A stretch of DNA of 64,000 bases from Azolla caroliniana. Its lineage: Eukaryota; Plantae; Polypodiophyta. Every line of letters starts with the position of its first letter. Within the stretch, counting starts at the first letter, position 1. The translations under genes and the position numbers were made by a program. The notes under the pieces are model-generated. The model ran no database searches. It saw only the letters and a list, made by a program, of their open reading frames with translations, and was not told the origin of the DNA. This document shows, one piece after another, positions 47,368-59,086 of this stretch. The stretch covers positions 20,956,001 through 21,020,000 of the forward strand of contig JBHGNT010000004.1 of assembly GCA_043228905.1 (NCBI GenBank), read 5' to 3'.

Positions 47368-50300
47368 GGCACAAAGAAAACATATTATTTCTTAATAGCA
47401 ACAATTACAAATGACAACCAGCCTCTACTAAAGGTTACAAAGTCACTTTATATAGTGACTATCCTAGGGCAACTGCCCTTCATGCTATTTACAGAAATAT
47501 CCCAAACTTGGGCTGTCCAAAGGGACAGTGTGAATACAGCCATTATACACTCGGTATTCGACACTCCACCGTAATGGGCGTATACATGGGTTATCTAAAA
47601 TTACAGGTATATACAAGGTTTATCGGACAGATCGGTTTTATTCGAGTCGGCAAGTTCTGAAGACAGAAGACCGAACCGTTCGGGTCGGAAGAGCTAAAGC
47701 CGATCCTCAAGGAACCGATGTCGGTTGTTCGAAACCATCCTGTGCTGTGTGTCCGACTTTAATCAGACCGATTTTTCGTTACGCCCATCTGGTGCCGAAG
47801 GGACCGACAACGATCCGTCGAAAGACACTTGGTCATTCCATCTGCGACTTTATCGGTTGTGGATATCTTCTCGAGACTGATTTTCCCTGAAATGACGCAG
47901 GCCTGAACAAAGTGATATCGAATGTCGATATGCTTGGAGGCGTTGTGGTGAACCGGTTTTTTTGACAAAGCAACAACACCCTGACTGTTGTTGTAGACAA
48001 TTGGAGCTGAGTCGAGGTCGACTTGTCAAAACGTGTGCGCCAGCCGACCGAGCCATAAAGCTTCTTTTGCCGTGTCGGACATAGCTACATATTCCGCTTC
48101 GGTCGTTGAGGTGGCTGTGCACTCCTGAAGTTTCGACTTCCACGAGATTGCTCCATTGCCGAATTTGAAACAATATCCAATTGTTGATTTCCGACCGACT
48201 GTCCACGCAGCCGGCGAAGTCCGAGTCGGTGTAACCGACTACGCCTGAGGTTGAGTTCGGGTCAAAAAGAATGCCGTGGTCTTTTGTGCCAGCGAGATAT
48301 TTGAACACATGCTTGACTGCGTTCCAGTGCGATTGGCCTGGGTTGTGCATGAATCTGCTGACGACTCCTACAACGTGACAAATATCAAGCCGTGTCATGA
48401 CCATTGCATACATAAGGGAGCCGACTGCCGGTGCATATGGTACTGACTTCATATCTTCTCCCTCTCGACTGGATGTTGGGCAGTCTCGTTGAGACAACCG
48501 AAGGTTTGGCCAAGTGCATGTTGAAGCATTCCAAGATATGGTCGATGTAGTCGGTTTGAGACAAGAAGAGTTGTTGTGTATCGCGATGCCGACTAATCTT
48601 TATGCCAAGTATGTGTCTTGTCGGACCGAGGTCCTTCATGGGAACCTTCAACTGCAGTTTCCGAACCAGTTCGGTAAGCTCTCCGGCATGTCGGCTAGAG
48701 AGGAGCATGTCATCCACGTAAATGATGAGGAAGACAGGAGACCCGTCTTGAGCTGTTTTGGTGAAGAGACAATGGTCCTCATCGCTCTTGGAGAAGCCGA
48801 CCGACTGGATGAAGTCGTCGAACTGCTTGTACCATTGTCGGGGTGCCTGTTTCAGGCCGTATAAACTCTTCCTGAGTCGGCATACTAGATGTTCCTAGCC
48901 ATATAGATTTCCTCCTGTAGGTCACCGTGGAGAAATGCCATTTTTACATCTAGCTGAATTAGCTCCAACTTGTCGGTGGCCATGACACCGAGCATGAAAC
49001 GAAGGGTTGTCATTTTCACCATTGGTGAAAAGATTTTGTCGAAGTCGACGCCATATTCTTGTCGAAATCCCTTCACAACTAATCTGGCCTTGTACTCTGG
49101 GTTGGTCGAGTCGGATGTCTCTTTTAGTCGATAGACCCACTTACACGGAAGACCACGTCGATTCTTCGGTAATTCGACCAAGTCCCAAGTCTTGTTTGCG
49201 CGAATGGAGTGCATTTCCAACTCCATCGCCATATGCCAGGTGGCTGAGTCGGCAAATGCCGATGCTCCTTCATAAGACGTTGGTTCGCCAGCGCCGGTAA
49301 AGAAAATTCCAGGAGAGTACCTTTCCAGAGGTTGCGACAGTCTCTCGGATCTTCGAGGTATGAATGGACTGGTCACACCGGGTATAGGTGTCAGATGGTC
49401 AGAAGCTGAGCCATTCGGTTGTGCTGAATCGGTGGATTCAGGACGGGAGGTGTCGGTTACCCGTGAAACCAATCTCGTGTTGTGGGTTGGGCCTTCATGA
49501 AGGGTTGGCACTTCGGAAAATATTACCCTTCGGACTTCAATAGGCCTTTCGGCTGTTTTATGCATGGCTGACTCGTTGAACACGACGTCCGAACTTCGGA
49601 CGATTTGTCTATGCTCGGGGTCCCAGAGTCGGTATCCGATCTCGCCGCCGGGTCCATATCCAAGGAAAACGCATTTCCTCGATCATGGTTTGAGTTTCCG
49701 GAGGTTGTCTTTCAGTATGAGGGCATATGCCTTGCAGCCAAAGATCCTCAGCTTGTCATAATTCGGCTTACTGTCGGTCCATGTTTCCTGAGGTATTTTA
49801 AGTCCTAGAGGTCTACTTGGCGACATATTGATTATGTGTATTGCCGTAAGTAAAGCCTCAACCCAGAAACCATCCGACAATCCGGAATGTTGGAGCATGG
49901 ATACTATGCATTCTTGAATCGTCCGATCCATGCGTTCAACAATTTCGTTCTGCTCCAGACTGTAGGGTGTCGTATATTCACGTCGAATGCCGTGTTCCCG
50001 GCAAAATTTGACGAATTCTTCAGACTTGAATTCTCCTCCATTATCGGTTCGGAGACATTTTAGTTTCCGACCAGTCTGGTTTTCAACCATTGCAAGCCAT
50101 TCAGAGAAGATCGAGAACACCCGATCTTTGGTTCTAATGGGGTAAGCCGACACCTTCCGAGTCGAGTCGTCAATAAAACTGACGAAGTACGAAGCACTGC
50201 CGAGGGACTGATGTGGCATCGGGCCACAAACGTTCGAGTGGACCAAATCGAGGGAACTCGATTCTCTTGGTGCTGATGTCGGGTGGGATGCGGCTACCTG

Positions 50301-52069
50301 TTTGCCGTACTGGTAGTGCTTGCAAAATTGGTGATCCGAGAAGGAGAGCTTGGGGATGTAACTGGCTCTGGATAGGTGCATTATGCCGGCCTTGCTGAGG
50401 TGTCCAAGTCGCCCGTGCCATAACGATGACACGAGGATATCAACCAAAAATAAGTCACCCTCTTTGAGTGTGACATATAAAGGATACAAAGAGTGTACCT
50501 TTGGTCCTCGAGCAAGCAGGAGGTTCCCTTTGTGGAGTGTCCACCCTCTTGATGAGAACCCGGCACGGAAGCTGACTTCGTCAAGTTGTCCGACTGAGAT
50601 CAAGGGTCTTGAAAGCTTAGGAACGTGTCAGACGTTGTGTAGTACGAGTGTAGAGCCACCCAGAAGGTTGAGCTCTACAGTGCCGATTCCTATTATGGCA
50701 CAGTGTTGCGAGTTCCTGACTTGAACTGAGTCGGAGTGCCGGGCCGAGTATTGCCGAAATTGAGATCGGTGAGGTGTCACATGATACGATGCGCCCGAGT
50801 CCAAGAGCCATGTGCTCGATTCCGCAGTCGTAAGCAGAACTTCTAATTCGACTGGGTTCTCTATGGACAGTATGTTCGGGTTGGTCGTCAAAATTTCGGC
50901 TGAAGAGCCGACGTAGTTGACCTCCTCATGCCGGCTACTCTTCTGATCCGTTCTCTGAGCTTTGTCATTTTTTGCTTTGAGTGCCTGGCAGTCAGCTTTG
51001 ATATGTCTAGGTTTCTTGCAGTAGTTACAGATTCTTTCATCCGCAAGTTGTAGAGGTGCCGGATCAAATACATCTTCGTTGCGGCAACCTTCTTTTCATA
51101 AGTTTCCGACAGTGTTTTCCAATATTCAAAAGTTGTCGTGCATGATTGCACTGTGAAGTACACTGACTCCGACAAGTGCATCCGAATCGTGGCGCGGACG
51201 ATTCTGTCTAGCTTTAGCCACTCGTTTGACTTGTATGCTTCCGAAGGATTTTCATTCTCAATCGGGTCTATCTGACCCTTGACTATGAGATAATCTTGCA
51301 TTTGTTCCTTCTAGAAGTTGAAGTTCGAATTGTCGAACCTCCTTAGACTCATCTCCGATGAGCCGGATGTTGATGCCATCTGCTTCGGTTTCGGTTGGTA
51401 AGACTCAGTTCGGAGTTGACTACGAACCTTAGTGGGGTGCAGCCAGTCGGCTCACCCGATATCATTCTAGTCGGTTTGGTTTCGGATACTTGTTGCGGAA
51501 CTTGCTCGGACTAACTCCGGTTAGCTTCCGATTGTATGCCGTATACCAATTACAAGAAACCGATTGTTTAGGCCGATTCTGCTTTGGATGATTGCAGCGA
51601 TGAGAGGGACGGATCCAACTGATCCTCCTGAATGTCAATCAGCCGAGTGAAGCATGAATTTGGTTGTTGCCAGGAGACCAATCTGCAGCGAGTGGTTACA
51701 ACAAGAGGGTGAATAGCGTCCGGTGACCTATTCAGATGTCGTTTAACCGAATGAAGCACGATTGGGTCGAGTGTTGCACAGGGAGTTCGCCTCAAGTGGT
51801 TAGAATCACAGGAACAGAGTACAACCGTCTAGCTTACTCCAATTAGTGATTTAACACGGTGAGATGCAAACTTCTTGTTTGTCTTCTCTCTTCTCTGTTC
51901 TTCAAGAAAAAAAAACAGAAACAGAATGTTGTGTGGTGTACCATGACGACCGACAACGGGTTGAAGAACCTCCAACGCTCTGATACCAAATGTTGGGGAC
52001 AAGGTCATCAATGCGGAAGAACAAACAACATCTCTGATGTTGAAGGACCTGTGTATGAGAATGAACAAG

Positions 52070-52138
<69 letters not shown>

Positions 52139-52333
52139 GGCACAAAGAAAACGTATTATTTCTTAATAGCAATAGTTACCAATGACAACCAACCTCTACT
52201 AAAGGTTACAAAGTCACTTTATATAGTGACTATCCTAGGGCAACTGCCCTTCATGCTATTTACAGAAATAGCCCAAACTTGGTTGTCCAAAGGGACAGTG
52301 TGAATACGGCCATTATACACTCGGTATTCGACA
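47244..52333 (-). mobile_element. Element G: decayed full-length Ty1/copia, TSD GACAT/GACAC
   Basis: LTRs 47244-47563 and 51991-52333 with (GA)n. tRNA-Met PBS at 51977-51988. LLDSGAS, DNGGEF, VDDML and GYTDSD in broken ORFs. Confidence 0.93.
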
Positions 52334-52340
52334 GACACGG

Positions 52341-53090
52341 TGTCGTGAAGATTTTCGGCAACGGTGTGAAAATTGTGTGCAACGAACGAAATCGAGAAGC
52401 TGCAATGTGCACATGTGAAAGGGGTGAAGGCCACACGCATATGGTAGCATGTTGTAAATAGGACTGAAATGAGAATGGTAAAAGGAAAGCTAGATGTAAA
52501 GTTAAACATGTGCACGTGTGATGTGCGCTCAATTGTAAATATAAAAATAAGACTAAAGCCTAGTAACATTTAAGTGCATACATAAGGGTGGAAGCAAGGC
52601 TTGAACCTTGCACCTCCAAGATAGGAGACAAATTAACTTACCACTAAAGCAACTACTAAGTGCTTTAGAATTTGTACATTTTCTTTTCATATTCAATATT
52701 TTGTAGAAAGCAAACATATAGAAACCGTGGCACAAAACCATGGTTTTAGCCCATGGTTTTAATAGCCCGTGGTTTTAGCCTGTGGGTTTAGCCCATGGTT
52801 TTTGCATGGAGAGACCTATAAAAGCCTATAGTGGGGCTTGTGTAGGGAGGCAAGTGAAGTAAAAAAAGAAACTTTAAATCAAAGATCGAAGTTATCTTAA
52901 TGGTAATGTATCTTGTCTCATAAAATTAAAGTCAAGGGTTCAATCTCAATCTCTCTCTCTCTCTCTCTCTTCATCCATCTATCTATCTTCAATACTTTCT
53001 CACTTACATTGCTAAAAACATTGAATCCTTCTGGTCCAGGACCCCGGTGGTCCTGTTTCATTTCGCGAACACACGAGGATTTCCTCGACA
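52341..53090 (+). mobile_element. Solo LTR of the TGTCGT...GACA family, 4-bp TSD ACGG
   Basis: TGTCGTGAAGATTTTCG...CTCGACA. ACGG at 52337-52340 and 53091-53094. Removal restores integrase DHDTVLVIVDR. Confidence 0.9.
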
Positions 53091-54556
53091 ACGGTACTAG
53101 TGATCGTTGATCGGTTTTTGAAGATGGCTCACTTTGTCCCATGTTCGAAAACCATTTCGGGGGAGGAGACAACTGCCCTTTTTCTGAAAAATGTCGTTTG
53201 CTTACACGGTTTGCCTGAGGATGTCACTTCTGATCGAGGTCCTCAATTTATCTCCCACTTTTGGCGCCGACTACTACAGACATTCGGGACTTCTGTGAAC
53301 TTGTCAAACGTGCACCACCCTCAAACTGATGGCCAAACCGGAAGAGTCAACCAAATCCTCGAACAATACCTCCGTTGTTCATTTAGCTACCAACAAGACG
53401 ATTGGGTGGACCTCCTTGCCATGGTGGAATTTGCCTACAATAACAATATCCATGCCTCAACTAATGTTTCCCCATTCTTTGGAAATTACGGTTTCCACCC
53501 TCGTTTCAACATTTCCATTCCGGAGATATCCATCAATCCGTCGACCGAGAAGCATGCCCACACCTTACAAGATGTCCACCGTGACCTCTCCCTCGAGCTC
53601 TGTGCCGCTGGAAAATAGTATAAAGCTCACGTTGACCGACATCGCTTAGTCGCACCGACCTTCGCAGTCGGTGACATGGTTTGGTTGCTACATCGGCATA
53701 TTGCAACTACCCGTCCATGCGCGAAGCTCGACTACAAAAAGCTAGGCCCCTTATGTATTCTCAAGCGCGTTAACCCATTCGCCTTTCGGTTAGCGCTTCC
53801 CCCCACATGTCGGCTTCACAATGTTTTCCACGTCTCTCTCCTTGAACTCTCTCATCCTTCTCGCATTCTGGGACGCCAACCTCCGCCGCCGCCGCCCGTG
53901 GAATTATCAACAGGTGAGGAGTATGAGGTTGACCGGATCCTCGACTCTCGCTTGCGTCAACGGTGACTTCAATACTTGGTCTTATGGAAAGGTACCCTCT
54001 TTTGGATGCCACATGGGAACCAGTTACACACTTACAAAATGCACCGGAGGCAATTCGCGCTTTTCACCAACGATACCCCCATAAACCGACCGCGGGTGTT
54101 AGGAGGCGGCCTTAAAGGGAGGATAATGTCATAGATATGTGCCACCGAGGAAGGTAGGGATTGAACCCAAGACCTCACGGTCTCTATTGGGCAAATCCTA
54201 CCACTTGAGCTACATATACATCCTTGTATTTAATTCAACTTCATATAGTTGTAGATTGAACATTGGAAGTTCCTAGCTTACGTGCATTCTCATTCTCTAG
54301 CTTGCATGCATCCTCATGCATTCTCTATTGCATGCATCCTCATGCGTACTCTATTGCATGCATCCTCATGCACTCTATTTCTAGCTAGCTTACATAGCCC
54401 TACCCTCTTGTATAAATACTCATGTGCACCTTGATTCTAATCAAGGTGAACAACACAAGTTACGGATTCTATAAGTTGAGTTCTTGTTCTTTTCCTCTCT
54501 CTTGTTCTCCAGTCTTATCTTTGTTCTACTTTATTATACTTGTCCGTGACACTACC

Positions 54557-55394
54557 CATGGTTGTTTACGTACCCGTATTTAACGTTTAAATACGTATAA
54601 TACCTTATAATTTGTATAGTACGTATTATACCTCAATGTTGTTCAGTCAAATATCATGTACATTTGTCCAATACGGTATTTAATGTACATTTGAAAAACG
54701 GGTATAATACGTATTTATAAAAAAATATAAGTCAAACCCCAACAAAAAGCAAAAGAAAAAACAAATTAGTGAAAAAGAAGTAAAAAGAAGGAAGAAAGAA
54801 GAACAGAAGAGATGACGACGAAGAAGAAGAAGAAAAAGAGAGAAAAGAAGACTGAAACCTGTCCTGACTCTAAGTGTGATAATCACAAAAGATAGAAGAA
54901 AAAGGATGATGAAGAAGATAATGAAGAAGGGAGAAAGGAAGACAGAAACGTAAAGTGAGTGTGATAATCGTAGACAATTCCTCAATCTATAAGGGCATAA
55001 TCATAAATAATTGCAATTTGAAGTAGAACATCATGATACACACACTAATTTATAGAACAAGCAAATGTTGACATTCATATTAATAAGTATTTTAGGATGT
55101 GAAATGTTCAAATGTCTTATATGCATTTTAGGATGTAGAACTATAATGTACATCACAAAATTGTGTAAACATCGATGCTTTTTACAATATTACAAATATT
55201 TTTTTTGAAAGATAAGTAATTTTCAAATTCTAGAAGTATTTAACGTACTATACGTAAAATACATATTTTATAAGTATTTAACATATTAAAAAACGTATTT
55301 AACGTATTTTTAAATTGGGAGGTACTATACGCGAATTAATATGTTAAATACGTATGGTACATCTATACCGTATCTAACGTACCTAACAACCTTG
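54557..55394. mobile_element. Possible hAT-like MITE remnant
   Basis: Imperfect TIR CATGGTTGTT / AACAACCTTG and subterminal cgtatt/aatacg repeats at both ends. No 8-bp TSD found. Confidence 0.4.
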
Positions 55395-55640
55395 CTGGCA
55401 TTAATTCATTTGGCATGCTGCTTAGGGGTTGCTTATAACTATGGTGTGGGCATAAATCTAGGTTTAACTTGTATACCTTGAAATTTTTTCTCAACTCTAA
55501 TGATGCATATTGAAAGCATATTTTATCCAGACTATATTGTGACTAGCTTGGTGAAATTGACTCTGTTGATACATAGTAGTTGCATGTATACTCATAACAT
55601 TTAACAATGACCATAACATGGTATCCTTTCGATTTGCTAG

Positions 55641-56923
55641 AAAAATCATCAATTGTTGTTGGATATGGAGATGAACTATTGTGGATTGTCGATAGCATGG
55701 TCAAGGATCTTCCCAAGTGAGCGATGTTTCATTGTAGGGGTTAAGTTCTATGACAGTTTAGGGTTCTATGACAGTTCTTGCAATGTCAATATAGATGGGC
55801 GTGGAGATGTAAATGAAATAGCCATAGCCCATTATTCAACAATGACATCCTAGAAAAGTTGAGAAACCTAGGGATGTGCATGATTTTTGAAACTAAAACT
55901 ATTAATTACTGTTTTTCAATGAATATTGTGTTAAAAACTTATAACTCAAGGTTTGAACCCACAACATGAATGTCATAAAGCAATAAGTACGAATAATCTC
56001 AGCATTGTAATGTCTTGAATCCATAAGCACTTAGTGCGATGTTTAAAGGTTCTTACTTAATATATTAAAGGATTGGGCTTTAGCATGTGATGTCTTGTTT
56101 GTGGATTTTGTCTCTAGGTCTAGTGTCGATGCTGACCTTTTGTATACAAGATCACCCTCACATCCTCGATGTTAAGTATGGTGGTCCTTTGAATGCACGA
56201 TTTTTGTAAGGCTCAGTTGTCTTTGTCGGGATTATTCCACTACCTTGTTCAGAAAACTCCTCCTAAAGGTAATCTTCGATATTTCTTTTGGTTTGATGTT
56301 CTCCTAAGTTGTGCTAGCTTGTAGAGTTTGAGTATATTCCCCTAACCATCACTTTCCATTGGTCATTTTAGAGAAGATTTTGCAAACTATGCCTGAACTT
56401 ATTCCACGACATTGGGGGGCAGAGAGAAGCATTGGGTGACTTTCAATGAAGCAAATGATTGGGCAGGTTTAGGGTATTCAACTAATCAAAATCCTCATGG
56501 ACGATGCACAACCAACATTATTGGATAAATGAACATGAACTATGGTAAATTTGTTGAAGGTGAATTGGGAATAGACCATATATAATTGGCCACAATCTTC
56601 TCGTTACACATGCACAGGCTGTGACCATTTATAGAAACAAATACCATGTGAGCTCATGAAAGGTTCAAATCCATTTCTTTCTTATATTTTGAAATAATTT
56701 GAACTCACCCATCGTAAAAATATGATTAGTTGTTTCATCCAAACATTTTGAGTTTATTTGGTCATGTCATTGTAAACAACAACTTATTTGATTTTTGCAA
56801 CTTTGATTAATCGTTAAGTTGACCGAAAATGTGATAGTAGGATTGGCTCTTTGGTTCAAATGTTGGTAAATTCAACAGAAGATTTTGACGCAGCACAGAG
56901 GGATACGATCTTCCTAGTTGGAT

Positions 56924-56972
<49 letters not shown>

Positions 56973-57160
56973 CAATCTACATATACCTATATGTTGTTTT
57001 GGCAACACATAAATGCATATAAATATAAATTTATAATCATGTTTTATGCATATACATACAAATACATGTATAGTAGTGAATTTGTCCATTGTTGTCCATT
57101 GCAAGTGATGCGGTATAGCAATATAGAGGGCAATCAACTTCCTATTTGGATGGTTTTGGA
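55641..57160 (+). pseudogene. Spliced glycoside hydrolase family 1 (beta-glucosidase) pseudogene
   Basis: AG/GT-bounded exons: 55641-55716 LLLDMEM..GLSIAWSRIFP; 55795-55857 DGRGDVNE..IAHY; 56118-56205 ..LDVKYGGPL; 56372-56647 EDFANYA*..KHWVTFNEA..PYIIGHNLLVTHAQAV.IYRNKY; ~56870-56925 NSTEDFDAAQR. Stops and frameshifts. Confidence 0.85.
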
Positions 57161-58269
57161 CCAAAAGGTAGCCCCAAAGTTAGGACACCCAAATGTCCCC
57201 TTTTACATTAGAGCTCTTGCCTTTGTATACAAGTTAGAAGTGTTATAGGGTCACTTTCGTGTTAAAAGTCCATTGGCCATTGATTGTTCCTACATCGCCA
57301 CAAATTATAATATAATCATGTTTATTACATACATGTGGCTTATGACCACTAGTTGAGATTGAAAATATTTAAGCACCTTATCTTTATATAATGTGAGGTG
57401 AAATCGAAACGATATGTCAAAATAAACTAGTCAAGTGGGTCATAGTGCTTTCTTAGTTGCGTGAGTGCAACTCCACATTCTACTTTAATAGTCAAAGGCA
57501 TCTTACACTCTTGAAGTTTTTATCTCCATGACATTATGTCATATTTGATTCAGAATTGGAAGAAATAGCAAGAGCTTGATGATTTCCAACTATTTGGGCA
57601 TCTTGCATAGTTGAGACTGTAACCAACTCGGCTAACTATTTCGAGCTAAGGTTTGTTGAGCTAAATCATGTGTACGTTTAGTGTGTGCCAATCAAATATT
57701 TGAAGTTATGCTTCATTGCATTCTAGTGTGGTTGGTCTGGGTTAAGCATAATCTATTTATTATGCCATATGCATGTGTTACACAAGTCAAGTGGCAACCA
57801 TTGCATACATCTAAGAGCCAATAACCAGTGTGTATATAGTATGACACCAAATTCATATGATCCTTGTTAGAGTTATATTCTAATGTAAGCATATGATAAG
57901 GATAAAATATATATGAAATAAGAAAGGAGAGTGAGAAAGAAGGGTGTTGATCCACCCTAAACCCCCGAGTGAAGGGATCGAGACAGACTCGAGCCTCGAT
58001 CGGCGTCCCATACCACCGTCGTGGCGTACCTGGTGCTGGCGCGCTCGCTACAAGAGTTGACCCACCACAATGTCAGAGTCTCAACGTAGTCAAAAGATGA
58101 TGAAATGAGGCTAGCTAGGCCTCATATTTATAGCGATACCCAAGGCCCCCAGGCAAGTTCACACTTGGCCTAATGGGTTGTTTCAATCCCGAGGATTAAA
58201 AGTAATCCTCCCCTTCTTTACACTCTCGTTTAACTCTCACACTTATCCATGTGTATAGAATACTGCAGT

Positions 58270-59086
58270 AAATTCTCACCACAAATTGCACTCTTGCAAT
58301 GGAAAGTTAGGGAAGTTAGTTCTAAGAGTATTTTCGTGTTCCCATGTGGCATCTTTGATAGATTTATCCATCCATTTAATTTTAAATTCTCGGATTATTT
58401 TTGTATGCAGATTTTTTGTTTTAACATCGAGAATTCTTTCTAGTACATGTGCTTTAGAAGATAATTCTTCAGAAGTAACCCAAGTTTCAGTTGTAACTAT
58501 ATTGTCGCCAGAACCTAGAAGTTCTTTTTGATGACTTACACGAAAAACTGGATGAATTTTAACTCCATCAAGAAGAGTGAGACGATAGGCTGATGAACCA
58601 ATGCGTTTGAGGACTTGAAAAGGTCCACAACTGTGGGGCTAACTTAGCGCACTTACCCGTAGACAATGTCTTAGAATTGTGAGGTACACGTAAAAATACC
58701 TTCTGTCCAGGGTTGAATACACAAGGTTGCCTATTATGATCGGCGTAAAAACGCGCTCTATCTTGAGTTGCTTTTATATTATCTTGTGCAATATGCAACA
58801 TATCTTGCATATCCTGAAGAAAGTTTTGTGTACTTCGCAACTCATAATGATGTATATTAACATCAATCGGGGCTCGTGGATGAAAACCATACATCAACAT
58901 AAAAGGACTATATCTCGTCGACGTATGCTTGGAGCTGTTATAAGCAAACTCCAAAATTGGGAGATAACATTCCCATTTTGTTGGTTTTGCACCAATGTAT
59001 GCTCGAAGCATGTCCTCAATAATTTGATTTACTCGTTCTGTCTGTCCATCAGATTGAGGATGATCCATGGAGCTCATGCTCAATGT
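58270..59086 (-). pseudogene. Old chromovirus integrase-chromodomain fragment, continuing beyond the H insertion
   Basis: HPQSDGQTERVNQ, LEFAYNSS, IHPVFHVS and DATWEHE..L..NFP. Confidence 0.85.

Larger units (their letters stand above)
45944..54551 (+). mobile_element. Element F: internally deleted chromovirus (Tcn1-like), 5-bp TSD CTACC
   Basis: 5' LTR 45944-~46257 is joined directly to RH. INT and chromodomain (EEYEVDRILDSR) at 53095-54110. PPT aaagggaggataa, 3' LTR 54127-54551, TSD at 45939-45943 and 54552-54556. Confidence 0.9.

Noticed and set aside
51829-52303. ER/LS-repeat proteins (also 32878-33101 and 56856-57248)
   Set aside because: Translations of (GA)n microsatellites.
5896-54213. 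Functional tRNA genes at the A/B-box motifs
   Set aside because: No convincing acceptor or anticodon stems. Reported only as tRNA-like promoter modules.
57900-58270. 3' LTR of the old chromovirus fragment
   Set aside because: A TATA-like motif is present, but the PPT and termini could not be placed, so no boundaries are reported.
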